Notes under the pieces: generated by a model
What the model was told of the DNA's origin: nothing
Databases searched by the model: none
Seen by the model: the letters and a program-made list of their open reading frames with translations, nothing else
Virus record (IMG/VR): IMGVR_UViG_3300042880_000509
Reading direction: 5' to 3' (one strand)
DNA length: 64,000 nucleotides
Origin: a virus
Taxonomy: Duplodnaviria; Heunggongvirae; Uroviricota; Caudoviricetes
Shown here: piece by piece, positions 52,601 to 60,805 of the stretch
Position numbering within the stretch: position 1 is the stretch's first letter
Layout of the letters: each line of letters starts with the position of its first letter
Program-made: the position numbers and the translations under genes

Positions 52601-52611
52601 AATAATAAATA

Positions 52612-53847
52612 TTATGATCTACGAAAATTATATGTGGTTTGAATCGGCCTTTTACCATATCTTTTTTCCATAAGTTTTTGGTGTAGTTCCCAATCTAATA
52701 TAGATTCATTTGTTTGTTCTTTTTCATCTGGGATTAATGAATAAACTTTTGATATTCTTTTAATTAGTTTTGTTGCAACATAATTAAATCTTTCACATTC
52801 ATCTTTAAAAAAGTCCATCTCTCTATCAGCGTATTTTGTAACGTGATTTTTATATTTTTTAAGAACTTTTGATTTATCTTCTGTTGGTTCTTTTCCACCA
52901 AAAAGTTGTGATAAAGGTCCCATTTTTGAAAACATTTGTTCTTCGTGTGACAATACCATATTTTCAAAAAACCCAACTTTAAGACCTGATAAGTTAATAT
53001 AAACCAATTCTAAGACTATTTTTATATTTTCTTCGGGTGAGTTTTCTTTTGGTTTTTCTCCAGCATGTTCAAGTAATTCAAATACTTTATCCATTTGATT
53101 ATATAAACTTTGAATCAAGTATTCAAATGAAAAGTTTTGTATTTTTTTTAATTCTTTAATTGTTTCATCTTTCATTATAAACTCATAAAACTTTTCTTTT
53201 GTTATTCCATTTTGTATCATTCTTGATGCAATCTCTGTCGGCCTAACAACATTTTCTTCGTTCTGAATAAAATAACTATATCTCATAAATTCATTTATAA
53301 CTGGTATTCCAAAATTTAACCTTCCAGATGCGTATGTCTGATAATCGGCGGTATTGCCGGCCAAACCTTTTGACTTTTTAGTTCTTCTAAATCTGTGCAT
53401 TAATTCGTGGGCCATTATAGAAGTATTATGTATTTTTTGTTCTATAAAAACCATATATAAATCACTTGCTTCCCAACCTTCAGGAACTACGAAATGGATG
53501 TGTAAATCTATTGTTGATGTTTCTTTATTTAATTGCATCAATATACCTTCATCAAAATCAAATTCATTTCCAACACCCATAGCGGCAATTACAGGTTCAA
53601 CACCTTCGTAACCCTCTAATTCATCAACTCTAACAATTAAATTTAAATGTGTAAAATTTACATCAGAAACAGTTAAATCAATTTTAATATCCTCAAACAA
53701 ATATTCTTCTTTATCGGTTGAGTTTATTTCCTTTAATTTATCTTTAACAATATTGTATAATACTCTGGCTTCGTTTAGAATATTTTCTGGAACACCTGCA
53801 GCTTCTTTAATTAATTTCAATTGACTTTCTGTTATAATGATTTTCAT
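52612..53847 (-). CDS. Putative zinc metalloprotease (HEXXH) with shared leader
   Basis: SIMAHELMHRF, a single HExxH. N-terminus MKIIITESQLKLIKE. Length 411 aa. Confidence 0.55.
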   Translation of the reverse strand: MKIIITESQLKLIKEAAGVPENILNEARVLYNIVKDKLKEINSTDKEEYLFEDIKIDLTVSDVNFTHLNLIVRVDELEGYEGVEPVIAAMGVGNEFDFDEGILMQLNKETSTIDLHIHFVVPEGWEASDLYMVFIEQKIHNTSIMAHELMHRFRRTKKSKGLAGNTADYQTYASGRLNFGIPVINEFMRYSYFIQNEENVVRPTEIASRMIQNGITKEKFYEFIMKDETIKELKKIQNFSFEYLIQSLYNQMDKVFELLEHAGEKPKENSPEENIKIVLELVYINLSGLKVGFFENMVLSHEEQMFSKMGPLSQLFGGKEPTEDKSKVLKKYKNHVTKYADREMDFFKDECERFNYVATKLIKRISKVYSLIPDEKEQTNESILDWELHQKLMEKRYGKRPIQTTYNFRRS

Positions 53848-53873
53848 AATAATAAATATAATGGAGTTGTGAT

Positions 53874-54527
53874 TTAACCCACAACTCCAATTAAATCATC
53901 TAGGTGGTGATCTCCAGACATATCTGATCCTACTGGTCTTTTATCCATCATTTTAATGATATCGTCAATACTATATGGATCCATACCATTTCCATCCATT
54001 CCAACATCCAATCTTTTTCCGTTACCAAATTTCTTTTCTCTACCTAAATGTACGTGACCGTGCAAATGGATTACGCCTTTATTTAGACCATGCCAGCTCT
54101 GTAATGGATAATGACATAAAACAAAGTTTCTATCATTTATTTTAACTTCAAGGTAGTGGTTTACACTTAAAAACTTACGTTGTATGGCCATTCTATCATT
54201 TTCAATATGGTGATCGTGATTTCCTAATATAAGATGAATGTTTTTACAAACCAATCTATCAAGAAATAATCCGATATTATCAAAACCACCAAATGAAACA
54301 TCGCCTAACATTATTAGTGTGTCGTCTTGTCCTACCATATTGTTAATGCCATCAATAAGTCTTTCGTTCATTTGTTCAATAGTTTCAAAATCCCTCACCG
54401 AATCAACTGGTATTTGTCCATCCTGGGTTCTCCAGTTTGTTACACCTCGTACAATATTTTTGTGTCCGTAATGTGTATCCGATGTTATGAATACTTTTCC
54501 TGTTGTTAATATTTTTTTAAAACTCAT
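53874..54527 (-). CDS. Calcineurin-like metallophosphoesterase (second one in the window)
   Basis: VFITSDTHYGH, IMLGDVSFGG, LILGNHDHH, HLHGHVH. Confidence 0.8.
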   Translation of the reverse strand: MSFKKILTTGKVFITSDTHYGHKNIVRGVTNWRTQDGQIPVDSVRDFETIEQMNERLIDGINNMVGQDDTLIMLGDVSFGGFDNIGLFLDRLVCKNIHLILGNHDHHIENDRMAIQRKFLSVNHYLEVKINDRNFVLCHYPLQSWHGLNKGVIHLHGHVHLGREKKFGNGKRLDVGMDGNGMDPYSIDDIIKMMDKRPVGSDMSGDHHLDDLIGVVG

Positions 54528-54541
54528 AATTTTTTTTATTC

Positions 54542-55603
54542 CTAATAATTAATTGTTCCACCAGTAAATGAAGTTATTGGTCTTACGTCATGTTCTGACA
54601 CTAAACTTGGTGTTGTATGATTAAAATATGTTAAATAATCATTAATATCCATAGTCATATTTCTAGGATAGTCTGTAATTCTTCTTCTTATAACAGTTTC
54701 TCCATTCACAATTTGTTCAGTTTGTTCTTCTGTTGGTAAATCATCGTTTGGTCCTACTGGTGCCATATACGGTTCAGATATCCACGTGCTTTTATAACGA
54801 TTAAGATCCATTAAACTTCTTATTCTGTCAACTATGTTTGAATGGTCAGTTGTTTCATTATTGCCTTGGTAAGTATTAATTATATCTGAAACAGAAACTG
54901 GTTTATTTCTTTTTTTACCATAAATCAAATCAATTGTTCTTTCATTTTTTTGTAATTCTTTTCTAATCTTTAAAAAGATTTCATCCGGAATAAAATTCAC
55001 AAACATTGGACTAACTTCACTATCGTCCGCGGTCCAAGCTTGGAATTTATCATCACCGTAATCTCTTGAAAAAGCTATTTTAGTATCAGTTTTTTTATTA
55101 ATACAATAAACTAACCTATGTGTTTTTAAATATTTGTCCCAATATCTTTCTTGTGTTGTACACCATTTTGTATTTGATCCATAAACTCTTGAGGCATCAA
55201 AACTTAAAGGTGTTAATACTAACCAGGTATCATCTTCGTGTATTTTCAAAATTTGTTTTTCAACTTCTTTTTGTTTTTCAATATCTTTGGCAATCTTAAC
55301 TTGTTCGTTTAACTCTTTAAAATTTTTATATTTACTAATGTCTTTTTCTTTTATTCTATTAGCTCTTGAGTGTCTTTCAAATTCATTTAAAACTTCAATT
55401 TCATTTGAACCGAACAAAAATACTCCCAGATAACCTTTAAGCTCATCCAAATTTGGACTGTAATATTGGTTATCCCTTTTAAAGTTTTTAATTAAAAACT
55501 CGGTATACTTGTAAGTGCCAGTCGGATCTAATGATGTTATGATATCAATTAATGATACATTTAAATCCGGATGTTGTTCTTTAAGTTTGTCTAATCTACT
55601 CAT
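54542..55603 (-). CDS. Hypothetical protein (353 aa), paralog of 43171..44310
   Basis: See 43171..44310. Confidence 0.6.
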   Translation of the reverse strand: MSRLDKLKEQHPDLNVSLIDIITSLDPTGTYKYTEFLIKNFKRDNQYYSPNLDELKGYLGVFLFGSNEIEVLNEFERHSRANRIKEKDISKYKNFKELNEQVKIAKDIEKQKEVEKQILKIHEDDTWLVLTPLSFDASRVYGSNTKWCTTQERYWDKYLKTHRLVYCINKKTDTKIAFSRDYGDDKFQAWTADDSEVSPMFVNFIPDEIFLKIRKELQKNERTIDLIYGKKRNKPVSVSDIINTYQGNNETTDHSNIVDRIRSLMDLNRYKSTWISEPYMAPVGPNDDLPTEEQTEQIVNGETVIRRRITDYPRNMTMDINDYLTYFNHTTPSLVSEHDVRPITSFTGGTINY

Positions 55604-55992
55604 AACTTTACTTCAAATCTATTTTTCATTTGTTCTATTTTATCTTCTGGAACATTGTGAACATTTGTTCCTCCGTGTCTATTTTCAACAATTATAGTAA
55701 AAACTTTATAACCATATTTTTTTGCTAATTCAAAATATTTTTCTAACTCCCATTCTTGTGTAAAGGTGTTAGAAACAACTATTTTATCCACATTTAATAC
55801 CATATCCCCTTCTACTCGGTTTTGACACCATTCGTGTGCTAGTTTAATTTTGGATCCGTCAAATTTATATTCTCCCGAAATTGGATCTATAAAAAACATA
55901 TCAGCTTCGTAGTGTCTCCCACCTAATGTTTTAGCAAATGTTGATTTTCCTGATCCTACAACCCCTCTAACACAGTATAATATTTTTTCCAT
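55600..55992 (-). CDS. Small P-loop kinase (AAA_33/polynucleotide-kinase-like)
   Basis: Walker A GVVGSGKST four residues from the N-terminus. 130 aa. Resembles the T4 Pnk kinase module and zeta-toxin/AAA_33 kinases. Confidence 0.6.
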   Translation of the reverse strand: MEKILYCVRGVVGSGKSTFAKTLGGRHYEADMFFIDPISGEYKFDGSKIKLAHEWCQNRVEGDMVLNVDKIVVSNTFTQEWELEKYFELAKKYGYKVFTIIVENRHGGTNVHNVPEDKIEQMKNRFEVKL

Positions 55993-56026
55993 ATTACAAA
56001 ATTAAGAAATAAAGTTTAATAAAACA

Positions 56027-56058
56027 AGAAAGGGAACAAATTTGTTCCCTTAATTTGG
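56027..56058 (-). terminator. Intrinsic terminator (AGGGAACAA-AT-TTGTTCCCT plus T-run on the minus strand)
   Basis: 9-bp stem. Minus-strand TTCTTGTTTTATT follows. A second imperfect hairpin (GTCGACATT/AATGTCAAC) lies at 56059-56080. Confidence 0.6.
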
Positions 56059-56110
56059 GTCGACATTGAATGTCAACTCTCCACCACCTTGTTTTTATAG
56101 AACAAGGAAA

Positions 56111-56401
56111 CTAGTTTGTAACCAACGCCTCAATCTTACTCTTAACCTGTTCGGTTATTGATATTTCTTTTGTATTTGTAACTATAATACAGTCAACCAA
56201 AGTTTTTGCTGGTATGTTTACATAAAATGTATCTCCATTAAAAAAAGATAAATTTTCTTTTAACTCAACACTTGCATGGACCATTTTCAAAAACAATCTA
56301 AATTGTGTTTGATCCATAAATGTTTCATTCAATAACTCACCAAAGTTTTCGTGTAATATTCTTATGTTAAATCCTATTTTCATAATACAAATATAGAACA
56401 A
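56111..56401 (-). CDS. Hypothetical protein (96 aa)
   Basis: ORF. Confidence 0.45.
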   Translation of the reverse strand: MFYICIMKIGFNIRILHENFGELLNETFMDQTQFRLFLKMVHASVELKENLSFFNGDTFYVNIPAKTLVDCIIVTNTKEISITEQVKSKIEALVTN

Positions 56402-56410
56402 ATTTTAATA

Positions 56411-56453
56411 TAAAACAAAAAATCCCATGAATTATTTTACTAATCTATGGGAT
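56411..56453 (-). terminator. Intrinsic terminator after the Nudix gene (ATCCCAT...ATGGGAT, long loop, T-run)
   Basis: 7-bp stem. Minus-strand TTTTTTGTTTT follows. Confidence 0.45.
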
Positions 56454-56544
56454 TATTTTTTTAGTAACCAACTAATAAATTTGAAAGGGGTGGTTTTTTT
56501 GTTTTGTGTATTATAAATACATCTAAATTTTCAAAAATTCAATT

Positions 56545-56964
56545 TTAATTGAAGATTTTTTCAATTATTTTCTTTAATTGATCATTATTTTTGTTAATTG
56601 GTATCTCATCTTTACCAAAATACTCACACATAGTGTGTTCGTGTCCATCTTTTGCTTTTTCAAGATCTGGTTCCAACTTACTTTTTGAGTTATGGTAAAA
56701 TACAAACATTACACCTTTTTTATCTTTTAGATTGTTTTTATAGATATGTAATAACCCTGCCAGATCTAGCTTACCATTTATTTTTAAATTGGTCTCTTCT
56801 TTAAATTCTCTTAAAGCACCATCCTTTGGGTCCTCACCTTTTTCTAGGTGTCCTGAAGGAACTGACCACTCATTTGGTAACGACTCCTTTGGTCCTCTTT
56901 TACAAAGAAGAACTTTATCTCTGTATTTTACTATTATACCACCGTATCTTTTGAATTGACTCAT
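56545..56964 (-). CDS. Nudix hydrolase (139 aa; start reassigned to MSQFKRYGG)
   Basis: Nudix box GHLEKGEDPKDGALREFKEETNL (G-x5-E-x7-REUxEExGU). The upstream 70 codons of the track ORF are low-complexity read-through. Confidence 0.75.
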   Translation of the reverse strand: MSQFKRYGGIIVKYRDKVLLCKRGPKESLPNEWSVPSGHLEKGEDPKDGALREFKEETNLKINGKLDLAGLLHIYKNNLKDKKGVMFVFYHNSKSKLEPDLEKAKDGHEHTMCEYFGKDEIPINKNNDQLKKIIEKIFN

Positions 56965-56974
56965 ATTTATAAAT

Positions 56975-57322
56975 ATGGAATTAGTTATAAATAATAATTT
57001 ATTTAATGTAAAGACTGTCATGACCCGAAAAGATATTGAAAGGGGTATGATGGGTAAAAAATTCAATAAAGATTTTAATGGTATGTTATTTTTAATGGAT
57101 GATAAAGAACATTCTTTCTGGATGAAGGATTGTATTACATCACTTGATATAATCTTTATTAAAAATAATAAGATAACCAAAATCCATAAAAATTGTAAAC
57201 CGTGTAGAACTGATGATTGTGAAAGATATACCGGTAAAGGTGATATGATCTTAGAAATAAATGGTGGTGACTGCGATAAATACGATATTGTTGTTGGTGA
57301 TAAACTAATTTTCCAGGATTAA
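56975..57322 (+). CDS. DUF192-like protein (COG1430 family)
   Basis: MLFLMDDKEHSFWMKDCITSLDIIFIKNNKITKI...CKPC...ILEINGG matches the DUF192 signature. Lone plus-strand gene. Confidence 0.5.
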   Translation: MELVINNNLFNVKTVMTRKDIERGMMGKKFNKDFNGMLFLMDDKEHSFWMKDCITSLDIIFIKNNKITKIHKNCKPCRTDDCERYTGKGDMILEINGGDCDKYDIVVGDKLIFQD

Positions 57323-57973
57323 TTATTTTATACTCACAGTATTATCTAATATATTTGGGTTTTCAATTAATTTATCCGGAGTTGTTTTAACCATTAAAGC
57401 TGTCCCACTTTTAGATTTAGTTGCCAACTTATTTGTATAATTATCAATCAAATTATCAAATCTTACAATAGAAGTATATGTTCCAGCTTTCAACTTTTCA
57501 TAATGGTTTCCTGTGATTTTATTTAAAAAAGTTAATGAATAATCAGGAACCGATTTTGAAAGTTTTTTATCGGAATACTTAACCCATGTTTTATCATCTT
57601 GTTTAATATTCTTATCCATTTTAGAAATCGCTCCTTTGATTGCCCTTTCAAGAATTTCAATATTTTTGAATTTACACTCAATTTTAATTATGTATTCAGT
57701 ATAATTTTCAGTTATAATAACATTTGAAATTCCCTCTTCTTTTGATAAATGTTCTTTGAATGTTTTAATATTCTCTTTTATTTCAGGAAGTTTCATAACC
57801 TTTTTCCCATCCAAACTATCTAAAGCAAGTATTGATGTTACACTTGTTTTACTTTGACTTAAATTGATTGTGTATTTAAAAACACCACTACCATCAAGGT
57901 TTAATTTTATGTCGTCAATAATTTCAACACAAGAAGTTAAGGTAAAGATTAAAAGTAGATAAAGGTATTTCAT
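57323..57973 (-). CDS. Lipoprotein (216 aa)
   Basis: MKYLYLLLIFTLTSCVE is a signal peptide with a lipobox. Confidence 0.6.
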   Translation of the reverse strand: MKYLYLLLIFTLTSCVEIIDDIKLNLDGSGVFKYTINLSQSKTSVTSILALDSLDGKKVMKLPEIKENIKTFKEHLSKEEGISNVIITENYTEYIIKIECKFKNIEILERAIKGAISKMDKNIKQDDKTWVKYSDKKLSKSVPDYSLTFLNKITGNHYEKLKAGTYTSIVRFDNLIDNYTNKLATKSKSGTALMVKTTPDKLIENPNILDNTVSIK

Positions 57974-58227
57974 TTTTGTTCTAATTGGTTGATGTGATGT
58001 TCCAAATACCAGGCCGCTTTCTTCAAATCTTCCAATTCTTTTTCTTTATTTTTTTTACCAGCTCTTGAGATATATTTTACCGTATTACCTAAAGCAAATC
58101 CTAATTGCCAGGCATCTATCACTTTTATTGCTTCGTAAAGATTTTCTTCACCACCATAATGATTTGGGTGGTTTACCATTTCATTTTCAGAATTATGTTT
58201 CTTGTGTTTTCCCATAGTGCGTTTCAA
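57970..58227 (-). CDS. DUF3310-like small phage protein
   Basis: VNHPNHYGGEENLYEAIKVIDAWQLGFALGNTVKYISRAGKK...LEDLKKAAWYLE matches the DUF3310 signature common in phages. Confidence 0.55.
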   Translation of the reverse strand: MKRTMGKHKKHNSENEMVNHPNHYGGEENLYEAIKVIDAWQLGFALGNTVKYISRAGKKNKEKELEDLKKAAWYLEHHINQLEQK

Positions 58228-58969
58228 TAACTTGTTTTTGGCTCACATATGAAATCAATTTTCTTTTGAAAAGTGGTAATAATGTTTCATTTATTGGAAA
58301 ATTTCCTCTACTTATCATTTCAACCACCGGAAGTTTTGATTTACCTTCTGTGTTCCATTGACTAAATGTAGTTATTATTTTGGGTATTGTCAAATCATTT
58401 TTTTCTTCACCATAAATAAGATTAACAACTACTTTGTTTTCTGGTGATCCTTTGGCCGCTGGTTTATTCTCATATTCCCAAACAAATAATTTATTTATTT
58501 CTTTATCAAAATAATAAAAATAACCTTTTGATGATAAAACATTTTTAATGTTCTTTTTAACTTTCAAATGAATACTATCAAAAACTAATTCCCAAACCGA
58601 TTTTGCAATTCCAAAATACTCAAACATTCTTGGTGCTGAGTAAGTTAAAATCTTAATAAATTCTTCATACTCATCATGTGACATTTGTGGTACTTCTTTT
58701 ATTTTAAGATCCTTAACAAGTAACTCATCATCAACCGATGTAAATCTTTTTGTTGTATATAAGAGTTTTTTATCTTTGACTAAAGTTTGTAAGTTTGCTA
58801 AATGTAATGACAACTCAATAAAACTTGGATATAACTCCATTTTATCTAGTTTTTCACCCATTTTTTGGAAGTATGATAGTAACTTGTATTCTTTGTGTTC
58901 TCTGTCAATTGGTTTTTCAAACATCCAGTCGGTGCTCATCAAAAATTCTATTTTCTTTTTTCTTGCCAT
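58193..58969 (-). CDS. Hypothetical protein (258 aa)
   Basis: ORF. Confidence 0.55.
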   Translation of the reverse strand: MARKKKIEFLMSTDWMFEKPIDREHKEYKLLSYFQKMGEKLDKMELYPSFIELSLHLANLQTLVKDKKLLYTTKRFTSVDDELLVKDLKIKEVPQMSHDEYEEFIKILTYSAPRMFEYFGIAKSVWELVFDSIHLKVKKNIKNVLSSKGYFYYFDKEINKLFVWEYENKPAAKGSPENKVVVNLIYGEEKNDLTIPKIITTFSQWNTEGKSKLPVVEMISRGNFPINETLLPLFKRKLISYVSQKQVIETHYGKTQET

Positions 58970-59007
58970 TTGACATAATAATAATCATTTAATATAACCT
59001 GTAAATA

Positions 59008-60534
59008 TTAATTAGTTCTCATTACAATATAATCATTACCATTTATTCTTATTTCGTCATAACCTCCATCGTAACTATTTAAAACATTACCATAATCAGC
59101 GTCATTAACTAATTGTTCTTTTAACTTTCTGGTGTCAATATAATCTCCAATATCATAACCATAATTTTTTAACCAACGATATGGGTCGTCACCGATCTCA
59201 TCATCTAGATAGTTTTCAACAGCATCATTAATACTATCTTCATCTGGATCACCATCTGGATTATCTTTTATTTCTTGGATTTCATATTCAATGTCTGATA
59301 TTCTACTTTCTTTATCATCTTGTTGGTCACTAGTATCTTCATCATCATATATTTTGTTAGGATCTACTCTCACACCATCTTTATCTAAAACCCAATTACC
59401 ACCTTCATTATAATATTGGAACCCATTATCTTCTTCATCCGTAAAATCAAATACATTGCCATCCTCTTTAGTTTGGTATTTAATTGGAAATCTTACACCG
59501 GTATTTTCAAAGATATATTTTTCCATTTCAAGTAACCAAATTTCTTCTTTTTGACTTCTACTTAATTCTTTATCCACCCCATAGTCTTCAGGAGAATCTC
59601 TAATCCAATCTTCAACAACATGTCTAAATTGGTCTTTAATTTCTTCTTCGTCAATGTAGTAGGAAAGATAATCTTTGGAAAAATAATCCGTTGGTCTTTC
59701 TATAATCTCTTCATAATAATCTTCAACTGATTGATCTGCTTCATCTATTGTTCCAACAGCATATTCTTGACCAGTTGATAAAGATTCAAAAGAAGTCATG
59801 TTATAATGACTACCACTTGGATATAAATCATAAACATCAACTTTATCTGTTAATAATTCTTCCATCTCTTCATTTAAATTATCTATCCTTTCTTCAATTG
59901 CCGACCACTCATCATCATAACTTTCTTCTCCAGCATCAAGATTTTTTTGTTGTTCTTCTAATTCAGTAATTTCAATTTTTATTTCATTAACTCTTTCTTT
60001 TTCTTCATCCTTTAACACTTCAAGGTCACCTTGTTGTTCGGCATATTCAAAAGCAGCATGCGCCTTTTCTCCTTCTTCATCCGTATCATTTAAATTCCAT
60101 TCATCGTCTTCTCTTTTAGAATCCTGCTCTCTTTCCTTAACTTTTTGTCTTCTTGCTTTCATCACACCGTCATATGGTGTTTGGAAATAACTACTATATC
60201 CGGTAATTTCAACATTGTCTAAAGATTTAATGTTAGTATAGCTAATATCAATGTTTCCAATAACTTTAATTGGTCCAAGATCTGTTAAAAATTTTTGATG
60301 TCTAAAAGTTCTTAAATCAAGATTACCAACAATTACTAGTTTTTTTCCTTTAAATCTGGATAATCTAGGAATTGCTTGTGATTTATAATAAACAGCTTTT
60401 AAAAAATCATAATATTGTTGGGGGGTAATTCTTACTTCCTCCAATTCTTCCTCCTTTATTAATCTTTTAATTCTTTTAATTAAAAATGACTCTGTTATTT
60501 TTGATAACTTTTTCATATAATAATAAATACCCAA
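59008..60534 (-). CDS. Large acidic protein (508 aa) with leader-like N-terminus
   Basis: MKKLSKITESFLIKRIKRLIKEEE combines both leader variants. Asp/Glu-rich throughout. Confidence 0.6.
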   Translation of the reverse strand: MGIYYYMKKLSKITESFLIKRIKRLIKEEELEEVRITPQQYYDFLKAVYYKSQAIPRLSRFKGKKLVIVGNLDLRTFRHQKFLTDLGPIKVIGNIDISYTNIKSLDNVEITGYSSYFQTPYDGVMKARRQKVKEREQDSKREDDEWNLNDTDEEGEKAHAAFEYAEQQGDLEVLKDEEKERVNEIKIEITELEEQQKNLDAGEESYDDEWSAIEERIDNLNEEMEELLTDKVDVYDLYPSGSHYNMTSFESLSTGQEYAVGTIDEADQSVEDYYEEIIERPTDYFSKDYLSYYIDEEEIKDQFRHVVEDWIRDSPEDYGVDKELSRSQKEEIWLLEMEKYIFENTGVRFPIKYQTKEDGNVFDFTDEEDNGFQYYNEGGNWVLDKDGVRVDPNKIYDDEDTSDQQDDKESRISDIEYEIQEIKDNPDGDPDEDSINDAVENYLDDEIGDDPYRWLKNYGYDIGDYIDTRKLKEQLVNDADYGNVLNSYDGGYDEIRINGNDYIVMRTN

Positions 60535-60598
60535 AACTTGACAAATATGAATGGTGTATGATATTTATAATAAAATAAACATAATAAAAACAATTGTT

Positions 60599-60742
60599 AT
60601 GGGATGTGGCTGCAAAAACAAAGGAAATCAACAAGCTGCTCAAACAGCTAGACCAGTTCAGGAACAAAAAAATACCGTTCCTAATCAAACTGTTCAAGAT
60701 TCAGTTAAAAAAATAGTTGAGAAATACTATAATAAAAAATAA
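60599..60742 (+). CDS. Possible small peptide (47 aa, MGCGCKNKG...) followed by a strong terminator
   Basis: The internal ATG of the track ORF gives a compact peptide. A hairpin plus T7 lies immediately downstream. Confidence 0.3.
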   Translation: MGCGCKNKGNQQAAQTARPVQEQKNTVPNQTVQDSVKKIVEKYYNKK

Positions 60743-60764
60743 TTTCCTTTGCGCAAAGAAAACT

Positions 60765-60793
60765 AAAGGTGGATAATTTTCCACCTTTTTTTG
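60765..60793 (+). terminator. Intrinsic terminator (AGGTGGA-TAATTT-TCCACCT plus T7), preceded by the palindrome TTTGCGCAAA
   Basis: 7-bp stem followed by TTTTTTT. Confidence 0.7.
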
Positions 60794-60805
60794 TATTTAT
60801 AATAT

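Noticed and set aside
2481-60697. Many other plus-strand ORFs of 60-180 aa fully overlapped by longer minus-strand genes. Examples: 2481..2915, 6771..7307, 7989..8174, 15042..15335, 15687..16025, 28844..29098, 43916..44332, 45061..45336, 59748..59969, 60476..60697
   Set aside because: They sit inside coding sequence on the opposite strand, have repetitive I/F/L/H-rich composition, show no start-codon coupling to neighbours, and their boundaries track the stop-free antisense frame of the real gene.
60551-60742. The 63-aa ORF 60551..60742 as annotated by the track
   Set aside because: Its first 16 codons run through the divergent promoter gap immediately next to the start of the 59008..60534 gene. 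Only the internal-start peptide (60599..60742) was kept, at low confidence.
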